Shown here in pieces: positions 23,377 through 31,938 of a DNA stretch of 31,938 bases (its first letter is position 1; every line of letters starts with the position of its first letter). The position numbers and the translations under genes are program-made. The notes under the pieces are model-generated. The model saw only the letters and a program-made list of their open reading frames with translations. It was not told the DNA's origin and made no database searches. The stretch covers positions 56,425,079-56,457,016 of the forward strand of contig NC_057719.1 of the NCBI RefSeq assembly GCF_004010195.1. Reading direction: 5' to 3'. Source of the DNA: Chiloscyllium plagiosum. Taxonomy: Eukaryota.

Positions 23377-24407
23377 CAGACTGGAGGCCTGTGACCAGTG
23401 GAGTGCCATAAGGATCAGTGCTGGGTCCTCTACGTTTTGCCATTTACATACATGATCTGGATGTGAGCTTAAGAGGTACAGTAAGTTTGCAGATGGCACC
23501 AAAATTGGAGGTGTAGTGGACAGCGAAGAGGGTTACCTCAGATTACAACAGGATCTGGACCAGATGGGCCAATGGGCTGGAAGTGGCAGATGGAGTTTAA
23601 TTCAGATAAATGCGAGGTGCTGCATTTTAGGAATGCAAATCTTAGCAGGACTTATATACTTAATGGTAAGGTCCTAGGGAGTGTTGCTGAACAAAGAGAC
23701 CTTGGAGTGCAGGTTCATAGTTCCTTGAAAGTGGAGTCGCAGGTAGATATGATAGTGAAGAAGGCATTTGGTTTGCTTTCCTTTATTGGTCAGAGTATTG
23801 AGTACAGGAGTTGGGAGGTCATGTTGCGGCTGTACAGGACATTGGTTAGGCCACAGCTGAAATATTGCGTGCAATTCTGGTCTCCTTCCTATCGAAAGAT
23901 GTTGTGAAACATGAAAGGGTTCAGAAAAGATTTACAAGGATGTTGCCAAGGTTGGAGGATTTGAGCTATAGGGAGAGGTTGAACAGGCTGGGGCTGTTTT
24001 CCCAGGAGAATCGGAGGCTCAGGGGTGACCTTATAGAGGTTTACAAAATTATGAGGGGCATGGATAGGATAAATAGACAAAGTCTTTTCCCTGGGATCGG
24101 GGAGTTCAGAATTAGAGGGCATAGGTTTAGGGTGAGATGGGAAAGATATAAAAGAGACCTAAGGGACAACTTTTTCACGCAGAAGGTGGTACGTGTATGG
24201 CATGAGCTGCCAGAGGAAGTGGTGGAGGCTGGTACACTTGTAACATTTAAGAGGCATTTGGATGGGTATATGAAGAGGAAGGGTTTGGAGGGATATGGGC
24301 CGGGTGCTGGCAGGTGGGACTAGATTGGGTTGGGATATTTGGTCGACATGGACAGGTTGGACCGAAGAGTCTGTTTCTGTGCTGTACATCTCTATGACTC
24401 TATGACT
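23377..24407 (+). mobile_element. CR1 LINE 3' 1 kb, relatively young
   Basis: PVTSGVP*GSVLGP, KFADGTK, FNSDKCEVLHF, RDLGV, LYRTLVRPQLKYCVQFWSP, RRLRGDLIEVYKIM; tail (TCTATGAC)2. Confidence 0.92.
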
Positions 24408-24872
24408 TGAACCAATTGTCTCTCCAGAGGAGGAAATGAGGTAAACAAGTTTACCATGTTGCCTGATCCTGACTGCTGTGCAGTGACACCTGCTGGAAAC
24501 CAAGTATAGTATAACACAAGGACCGATTGGGATATCGTCCACAGTAGAGTAGTCAACACAAACCGTTCAGGTCACACATCAGTAATGACCACTTCAGAAG
24601 ACCACAGGTGGAGACTGATTGGCACTCTTGAAATTTTACCCTTAAGAGTCCCGCTTTGAGAAAATAAATGGGAAATTAAAGTTTTCTAGAGAATTAAAAA
24701 CTGCACCAGAATAAAAAGGCCTTCAGTTGTTACTAAAACCATAAAATGGATTTAAAGAAAACATTCAAATTTATTTTTGAGACCACCAGAGACTTAACAA
24801 ATGAGATTAATTTTACAGCTTTTACATAGTAGAAAGTGTTATTTATTTGTCAATTGAAAAAAAGAGACCTAC

Positions 24873-25000
24873 CCTATAATAAAATCTTGGGATGCTTTTG
24901 TAAGATAGGTTGTTCTTTTTCCTGCCCCCTCTCCATTCAACATAATACTTGGTGAAGAGATCCATCTCATTGTCCTTTGGTTCTTGGTCAGACGTTTTAG
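24873..25000 (-). CDS. PPP2R3C: PPP2R3C exon 2 (128 nt): KTSDQEPKDNEMDLFTKYYVEWRGGRKKNNLSYKSIPRFYYR
   Basis: CAG acceptor, GTAGGT donor; EMDLFTKYY and IPRFYYR motifs; exons 2-13 sum to 1304 nt, consistent with a ~453 aa protein once a short phase-1 exon 1 is added. Confidence 0.94.
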
Positions 25001-25109
25001 CTGTTTTATTTGAAATTAGATAGAACCATTAATATTTTTTCCCAGGAAGGATCATGTCATGAACTTCAAAACGTTTTGCTTTATCAACATAATCATTTTC
25101 AATGCATCC

Positions 25110-25277
25110 AAGAAGCAACTAGATATATCACTTGGGGTGAAAGGGATCAAGGGTTATGGAGAGAAAGCAGGATTAGGTTACTGAGTTGGACGATCAGCCA
25201 TGATAGTGATAAATGGCGGAGCAGACTTGAAGGGCCGAATGGCCTCCCCCGCCTCTATCTTCTATATTTCTAGGTTG
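25110..25277 (+). mobile_element. CR1 3' end fragment
   Basis: gggatcaagggttatggagagaaagcagg...gatcagccatgat...gaagggccgaatggcct and ttctat-type tail. Confidence 0.7.
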
Positions 25278-25286
25278 CTATGTTTT

Positions 25287-25372
25287 GGGCTTTTTCCCGA
25301 AACGTCGATTTCGAAGCTCCTTGGATGCTGCCTGAACTGCTGTGCTCTTCCAGCACCACTAATCCAGAATCT
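25287..25372 (+). mobile_element. Short PLE-derived insertion beginning at hammerhead stem II
   Basis: gggctttttcccgaaacgtcga...ccagaatct is the reverse complement of part of the 12733 element; TSD CTATGTTTT at 25278-25286 and 25371-25379. Confidence 0.8.
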
Positions 25373-25397
25373 ATGTTTTTAATGTCATATCTAGATG

Positions 25398-26560
25398 TAG
25401 AGTCATACAGCACAGAAACAGACCCTTTGGTCCAATTCGTCCATGCCGACCAAGTTTGCCAAACTAGTCCCATTTTCCTGCATTTGGCCTGCATGCCTGC
25501 AAACCTTTCCTATTCACATACCTGTCTAAATACCTTTTAAGTGTTGTGAATATACCCGCGTCTACCACTTCCTCTGGCACTTCATTCCACATATGAACCA
25601 CCTCTGTATGAAAATGTTGGCCCGAAGGTCTCTTTTAAATCTTTCTCCTCTCACTTTAAAATTATGCCCTCTAGTTTTGAACCCCCCTATCCTACGGAAA
25701 AGACCTTTGGTGTTCACCTCACTCCAGTGAGGAATGCCCCAGCCAATCTAGCCTCTGTTCAACTCAAACCGTCCAGTCCCAGCAACATCCTTGTAAATGT
25801 TTTCTGCACCCTCTCCCATTTAATGCTTCCTATAGCAAGGCAACCAGAACAGGACACAGTACTCCAGGTGAGGTCTCACCAACGTCCTGTACAACCTCAT
25901 CAATACATCCCAACTTCTATACTTAATAGTCTGAGCAATGAAGGCAAGCACACCAAAAGCCTTCTTTACCACCCAAATTACCTATGACATAACTTTTAAA
26001 GAACAAAGTATCTAAACTCTTAGGTCTCTCTGTTCAGCAACACTCCCCAGCATCCTACCATTAACTGTGTAAGTCCTGCCCTTGTTCATCTTATCAAAAT
26101 GCAACACCTCACACTTCTCCAAATTAAACTCCATCTGCAATTTCTCAGCCCATTGGCCCAACTGATCACGATCCCTTTGTCATCTTACATAACCTTCTTC
26201 ATTGTCTAGCATCCCACCAACTTTGGTGTCATCCATAAACTTGCTAACCATGCTTTCTAAATTCTCATCCAAATCATTAACACAAAATGATGAACAATAG
26301 TGGACCCAGTTCTAACCCCTACAGAACACCACTGGTTACATGCCCCCACCCAAAAAAATAACATCCCACCACCACCACCTCTGTCTCCTACCTTCAAGCC
26401 AATTTTGCATCCAATTGACAAGCTCTCCATGAACCTCATGTGATCTAACTTTACTAGTTAGCCTACCATGCAGAACCTTGTCAAAGACTTCACTAATGTC
26501 CACACGGGTAACATTTACCACTCTGCCCTCATCTATCTTCTTGAGCACATCCTCAAAAAA
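25398..26560 (-). mobile_element. CR1 LINE 3' part (decayed)
   Basis: Minus-strand FFEDVLKKIDEGRVVNVTRVDISEVFDKVLHGRL; reverse-complement homology to 23377-24407. Confidence 0.85.
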
Positions 26561-26729
26561 AAAGACAGACGATTTGCTAAGAAACAGCAAACAAACCAGA
26601 GAGTACTGTCCCTCAGGGACCAGTAAGAGAACCACTGCTTCATTTTATATATCATTGCATTGCAACTTCATTTTATATATCATTGCAACTACACAGACCC
26701 ATTCCCTAACCAATATTTACCCCAAAAAT

Positions 26730-26958
26730 GTACCTAACCTACACATCCTTGAACACTATGGGCAATTTAGCACATCCAATTCACCTAACCTGCAAATCGT
26801 TGGATTGTGGGAGGAAACCTGAGCACCCAGAGGAAACCCACACAGACACAGGGAGAATGTGCAAACTCCACATTAACAGTCGCCCGAAGCTGGAATTGAA
26901 CCCGGGTCCCTGGCACTGTGAGGCAGTAGTGCTAACCACTGAGCCACTGTGCTGCACC
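26730..26958 (-). mobile_element. tRNA-derived V-SINE (HE1-like)
   Basis: Minus: gcagcacagtggctcagtggttagcact...gacccgggttcaattcc...ggtttcctcccaca; homologous to 30716-31010. Confidence 0.85.
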
Positions 26959-26959
26959 A

Positions 26960-27240
26960 CATCTAGAAGGACAAGAGCTGCAGATCCATGGGAACACCAC
27001 AAGTTTCAAGTTCCCCTTTAAACCACTCACTATTCTCACTTAAAAATATATCATTCCTTCACTGTTGCTGGATCAAAGTCTTGGAATGTCCTCCCTAATG
27101 GCATTGTGGGTCAACCCACAGCAGGTGGACTGCAGCGGTTCAAGAAGGCAGCTCACCACCACCTTCTCAAGGGCAACTAGGAACATGCAATAAATGCTGG
27201 CCAGCCAACGATGCTCACATCCCACAAGTGAATAAAAAAA
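26960..27240 (+). mobile_element. LINE 3' end (CR1/L2 group; tail type shared with DeuSINEs)
   Basis: tggaatgtcctccct (WNxLP), ttcaagaaggcagctcaccaccaccttctc (FKKAAHHHLL), aataaatgctggcc, A-tail. Confidence 0.7.
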
Positions 27241-27431
27241 GTCTTCACACAGTTGTGCAATTGTTCCTTCAGTCAGGATCTATCTGCAGTGTTTATCCTC
27301 CATGTATTCTGAGGGGAGATTTAGTAGAGGTTGTCAAAAATCAGAGTTTAGATAATGTAAATAAAGAAAAACTTTTTTTTACAGTGACAGAAGGCTTCAT
27401 AACTAGAGAACAAACATTTCATGTAATTGCC

Positions 27432-27885
27432 TGTGGTGTAAAATTCCAAGCAGTGGAATGTGGTGAAACGGTTAAAAATTATGTCCCAATACATGTGTGA
27501 ATCTAACCGGAATGGAGGTGTTGCTTAGTCCCGTGTGAATCTTCTTATCTGTATGTAACCAGAATGGAATGTGTTTTTTAGCCTTGCTCTGCTGTTCACA
27601 TGAATGTTTATATCTGGAAAAGAGTATATCAGCTGGAAAAGTCTCCAGTTCGGTGAGTCTGCTCCGGGGTTACGTTTAACCGCCGAGCGTGGGTTGTTGG
27701 CAACCGCTCTACGAGAACTGACGGCTCCCAGTTTTGGTAACATGTAGAGTGAGTATAAGCCAGACCCGTTGTGGCGACGCTGCGGGGAATAAAATGCCCA
27801 TATTCTAGCAGACTCGCCTCTTGGTCGTTTGTTCTGTGTCAGACTACTCTCCTACGAACCTGACCTTGAGAATTTTTTTAAAACA
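27432..27885 (+). mobile_element. Solo LTR, 454 bp
   Basis: TGT...ACA termini, TSD TTGCC at 27427-27431 and 27886-27890, TATAAG at 27754, AATAAA at 27788. Confidence 0.85.
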
Positions 27886-28033
27886 TTGCCAAACAAATCA
27901 GAGGTGAGGTAAGTGGAGTTTTTTTTTGCTGTAATGGAGCTATAATGATATGGAATGCACTGCGTGAAAGGGTCTTGAAAGTCGATTCAACAACATCTTT
28001 CGAAGGAGGATTGGATAAATACTACAAGAGGTC

Positions 28034-28558
28034 GAACAATGTCGCTTCTTCCTCAGGCAGCTGAGGACGTTTGGCATGACGGCGAATACCCTTGCCAACT
28101 TTTATAGGTGCATCAAGAGCATTCTGTCTCGATGTATCACTATCCGGCATGGCAACTGTATCATTCAAGATCGGAAATGGTTACAGAAAGTGATGAACTC
28201 GGCCCGGACAATCACAAAGGCCAACCTCCCATCAATAGAATCCATCTAGGCCAGTGTCAAGGAAAGGTCGCCAGCATTCTCAAAGATCCATCCCACCCTG
28301 GCAACATTTTTCTATAATCTCTCCCATCGGGGAGAAGATACATAAGCCTGAACACATGCACCAGCCGGTTTCGAAACAGTTTCTATCCTATTGTTGTTAG
28401 AATACTGAATGGACTCACAAACTCTTGACATTCGCATGTACGTGTTTTTGTTTTATCTTATCTATGCTACTTAACTCTGTGATCCACCTGTATTGCTCGC
28501 AAGGCAAAGCTTTTCACTGTGCCTCGGTACACGTGACAATAAATTCAATTTAATTCAA
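28034..28558 (+). mobile_element. Rex1/Babar-type LINE 3' end
   Basis: QQCRFFLRQLRTFGM...LANFYRC, ILKDPSHPG, LPSGRRY, RFRNSFYP; tail AATAAATTCAATTTAATTCAA. Confidence 0.8.
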
Positions 28559-30217
28559 TGGAGATAATTTCAAGGATAGGAGAAAGAACACAAGGATGGG
28601 ATTAACTGAATAGCCTAAGCAGTAGACATAAGCATAATGTCTTTCCTTCCAGGATTTAAGATTATACACAATGTCCTGTCAGCCTGATCGGCAAGATTAG
28701 ACCAGCTAAAACAGCAGGATTTGTGCTTTTTAACCAGAAGAAACTAGCATTAGCTTGAATGGTTATCTCCAAGCAAACAGAATTCCAATGCACTGTAGTG
28801 CCCTGTTGATGATTCAGAACAATTGCACAATCATCTGCAGCTTCCTGAATTATGGACCACTGCTTGCCTTGTGCCTTGAATCACCTCTGTTTAAATTCTG
28901 GAGCCTTGATTTTAAACTAATGTGTCTCCTTTAGTACCAATGGAAGTGTGTGAATACTGTGGGTGTTGACGACGAGAGAGAGAAAATATTAAGTCATTAA
29001 TTTAGCAGCAACTGGATTATCCAGCAGCTAAAAATTACATTCAAAAGCTTTCAGATGGCTCAAAGGAGACCCGACTGGGGTCAGATGCAAGTATAGTTAC
29101 TCCCTAAAGGAGATTACTTTAGACATTTTACTTCAGTAAAATGTCTAAACTAGGACTGTTCCAGTTACAACACTGCAGATTCAAAAACTGAGAAAGTCAA
29201 ATATCTTAAGAGGGTGAATTGACAAAGCCAAAGGTTTCATGGTCCAAAGATTGGAACTGAGAATATAGGTAAAGAGCTTCTCTGGATTTTGATTAACAGT
29301 AAATCTACAATGCTGGGGATTAAGTAGGACTTTTATTTAACCATGTATTTTGAAGGCTTTCAAACGGTTTTATATGTAGATAGATTGTTTTTATTTATTT
29401 GATTTATTTTGTGTGCAACTTCTGTTGTATTGTTAAAACCAAATCTGCAGTCTTTTTGTACTATGTTTCTATGGAAGACCACCATTTAGAAGACAGAATC
29501 AAAATATTATCTATCAAGACATATTTCATTCTGGGATCACCATGATAGCATTAGTTATGTTCATAACAATAAGCAGATAACAGGCCTGTTCATCAACTGA
29601 TGCTGCTTGAAGTATTATGCAACTTTACAGAGATGATTCTGTTTCAAAGTCAATATGAATTTGAACAAGGATTTCCAACTCTGATTGTAAGCAAAGACTG
29701 GGTAAATTCCATAAGGAGAAAAGATAAAGCTACCAAAAAGAGAGCTCTTGGAATGAAGGAGATAGAGAGGAAAATAAAACAGAAGAGGGAGAAACCAGCA
29801 AGTTTAAGAACAGAGATAGAGAAACAATTGGAATTGGAGGAATAGAATTAAATTCTGCTTAGTATTGCGAAGTTGGTATGTAGACTTGTAAAATGGGGGG
29901 TGGAAATAAAGTGCTTGGTCCCTTTAAAAGATGATGCCCACACCAATTCCCATGCTTAGTGATTTGAGAATAAAAAATGTTTAAACACAAGTTTAAAGTT
30001 CCGGTACAGAGAGCGCCTGAATTCAAACATTTTGTATCAAACAGCCAAGAAGCATTTTTAGCAAGCCAACAAGTCTTTTCAAATTTAGCCAATTTAAACC
30101 AAGTTCTTAGATATTAAAAATATATCAAATTTAAATCTGATCGTGTTGACAATCTTGAACCAATGTGATTGTAAAGAAAGTAATAAGGTTATCAAGACTA
30201 TAAAAGGAGTCCAAAGC

Positions 30218-30333
30218 TAAAAATCACACAACACCAGGTTATAGTTGGAAGCGCTAGCTATCTGAGCACTGCTCCTTAATCAGGGATTTTTAACTTTCTA
30301 CACCCCAGTCCAACACTGGCATCTCCAAATCAT
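30218..30333. mobile_element. Internally deleted Penelope-type repeat of a third family with a decayed hammerhead on -
   Basis: Minus 30284-30254: CCUGAUUAAGGAGCAGUGCUCAGAUAGCUAG; aaaaatc...gattttt inverted remnant. Confidence 0.55.
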
Positions 30334-30715
30334 TAGAAAGAAGAGGGTATTTTTGAAAATCGGTGGGAGCCAACTGAAGAGATAATAACTTCCAGCTCTC
30401 ATAAAAAGCACTATCTTTCCATAACAGATACCATGGCATGTTTAGCTACTATTCCAGACAACAGAATTGACCGAGTACAGTCCTGTCACAAGAACTCGAC
30501 AGAAAGAGGAGTTTCAGAAAAAAGATCAGCAAAGAGGGGGAGAAGCATTTTGGAAGACACACTGTGTGTAAACTTTGAGAGACTAAGTTTTAATTTATTG
30601 TTTTCTTATTACTTGGATTTATATAAGTGGGACCTGTGTTATTGAAACAGCTTACTAGTAGAATTCAGTTCAGTTCAGGAATAGATAGTTAGAGAGGAAT
30701 TGCTCAGTTTCTTAT

Positions 30716-31010
30716 GGGTGGCACGGTGGCTAGCACTGCTGCCTCACAGTGTCAGAGACCCAGGTTCAATTCCCGACTCATGCGACTAACTGTGTGGAGT
30801 TTGCACACTCTCCCAGTGTCTGCGTAGGTTTCCTCCGGGTGCTCCGGTTTCCTCCCACAGTCCAAAGATGTGCACGTCAGGTGAATTGGCCATGCTAAAT
30901 TGCCCGTAGTGTTAGGTAAAGGGGTAAATGTACGAGAATGGGTGGGTTACGCTTTAGCGGGTCAGTGTGGACTTGTTGGGCCGAAGGGCCTGTTTCCACA
31001 CTAAGTAATC
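30716..31010 (+). mobile_element. Near full-length tRNA-derived V-SINE (HE1-like)
   Basis: A-box-like ggcacggtggc, B-box GGTTCAATTCC at 30763-30773, V-domain ggtttcctccgggtgctccggtttcctcccaca, CR1-like tail gggccgaagggcctgtttcc. Confidence 0.88.
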
Positions 31011-31315
31011 TTTGTTAGTGGTTCCATTCATTTGTTCATTGTTGTAGTTAGATAAATAAGTTCTTACTTGCTGATTGTAGAGTGAGTGAAAGGATTTCAT
31101 TTCATTTAACCTCTTCGTTATAACAGATTGGGGGAGGAATGAGAGGGAGGTTACACCTCTTGTCACACTTCTTTTTAGATTATGAGGTAAGGCAATCTTC
31201 TCTGGGTGTTTCAGGTTTAATTATTAGAAGGAAAACCCGACTCCCACCATAACAGATTGGGGTTGGTGTTTCGGTTTAATTATCAGAGGGGTTCGACCTT
31301 TTCCCCTTCGTAACA

Positions 31316-31679
31316 TTAGAGGGACGTGGATTAATTGAGGATAGTCAGCATGGCTTTGTCAGAGAGAGATTGTGTCTAACAAATTTCCTTGAATTTTTCA
31401 AAGAGGTGACTAGATGCGTAGCTAAGGGTAATGCAGTTGATGTAGTCCACATAAAACTTATGATCATTCTTCTACATTCATGTCTGGATCATGAACGTAG
31501 AAGAATGATCAGTAAGTTTGTAGATAATAAAAAATAGTGTAAATAGCAAGGATGAAAGTCTTAGATTACAGGTTGATATAAACAGGTTGGTCAGATGGGC
31601 TGAACAAGTGGAGTCTAATCCTGGAAAGTATGAAGTGACACATTTTGGGAGGACTAACAAGACAAGGAAGTATAATAGT
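31316..31679 (+). mobile_element. CR1 RT fragment (decayed)
   Basis: DSQHGFVRERLCLTNFLEFFKEVT; LRLQVDINRLVRWAEQ. Confidence 0.8.
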
Positions 31680-31938
31680 AGGAGAAAGTGAGGACTGCAG
31701 ATCCTGGAGATCAGAGCTGAAAATGTGTTGCTGGGAAAAGCACAGCAGGTCAGGCAGCATCCAATGAGCAGGAAAATCGACGTTTCGGGCATGAGCCCTT
31801 CTTCAGGAATGAGGAAAGTGTGTCCAGCAGGCTAAGATAAAAGGTAGGGAGGAGGGACTTGGGGGAGGGGCGAAGGAGGTTTGTGGAACGTTTCAGAGAA
31901 TACCTCTGGGACACCCGGACCAACCAACCCAACCACCC
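31680..31938. mobile_element. Penelope-like insertion: inverted terminal-repeat fragment (-, with hammerhead at 31775-31810) joined to a + strand GIY-YIG-like segment; runs off the window
   Basis: Minus AUUC CUGAAGA A GGGC UCAU GCCC GAAACGUC GAUU; + strand FVERFREYLWDTRTNQPNHP from ~31880. Confidence 0.78.

Larger units (their letters stand above)
27308..28615 (+). mobile_element. Old CR1 3' end split by a solo LTR and a Rex1 insertion
   Basis: LRGDLVEVVK at ~27308; resumes at 27891-28030 (WNAL...) and again at ~28559-28615. Confidence 0.7.
29863..31315 (+). mobile_element. Solo LTR-like element, 1453 bp including two nested insertions
   Basis: Terminal inverted repeat TATTGCGAAG/CTTCGTAACA (8 of 10), TSD TTAG at 29859-29862 and 31316-31319, TATAAAA at 30199. 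Confidence 0.72.

Noticed and set aside
23572..24323. 111-aa and 152-aa ORFs as host genes
   Set aside because: Frameshifted CR1 ORF2 C-terminal fragments.
26638..26687. 22-nt tandem duplication CTTCATTTTATATATCATTGCA
   Set aside because: Only two copies; ordinary local duplication.
27525..27860. CpG-rich stretch and 72-aa minus ORF as possible PPP2R3C promoter/exon 1
   Set aside because: No MDWK-like peptide or suitable donor; the region is bounded by LTR termini and a TSD. Exon 1 was not found in the window.
28958..29568. Possible additional LTR ending ...CATAACA
   Set aside because: No convincing 5' boundary or matching TSD could be identified.
29600..29845. 81-aa Lys/Glu-rich ORF
   Set aside because: Low-complexity purine-rich sequence with no diagnostic motif or splice support.

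Overview
AT-rich vertebrate genomic DNA; the repeat content (CR1, L2 and Rex1 LINEs, V-/Deu-type SINEs, Penelope-like elements) points to a cartilaginous fish, probably a shark (inference). Two convergent genes are present. On + are the last two coding exons of FAM177A1 (638-735, 1709-1915). On - are coding exons 2-13 of PPP2R3C (25000 down to 2242); exon 1 was not found and presumably lies beyond the right edge. The stop codons are 326 nt apart, with an overlapping bidirectional polyA hexamer between them. PPP2R3C intron 7 has a GC donor. The introns are filled with nested mobile elements, including two solo LTRs with target-site duplications. The most notable signal is a set of Penelope-like (PLE) insertions, several with 9-18 bp TSDs and two forming near-perfect 68-79 bp palindromes. 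They carry a minimal type I hammerhead ribozyme motif (CUGANGA-N-stem II-GAAACGUC): four copies have an intact core, three of them on the PPP2R3C strand, and a GIY-YIG-coding PLE fragment has its own mutated hammerhead. All calls were made by eye; no searches were run.
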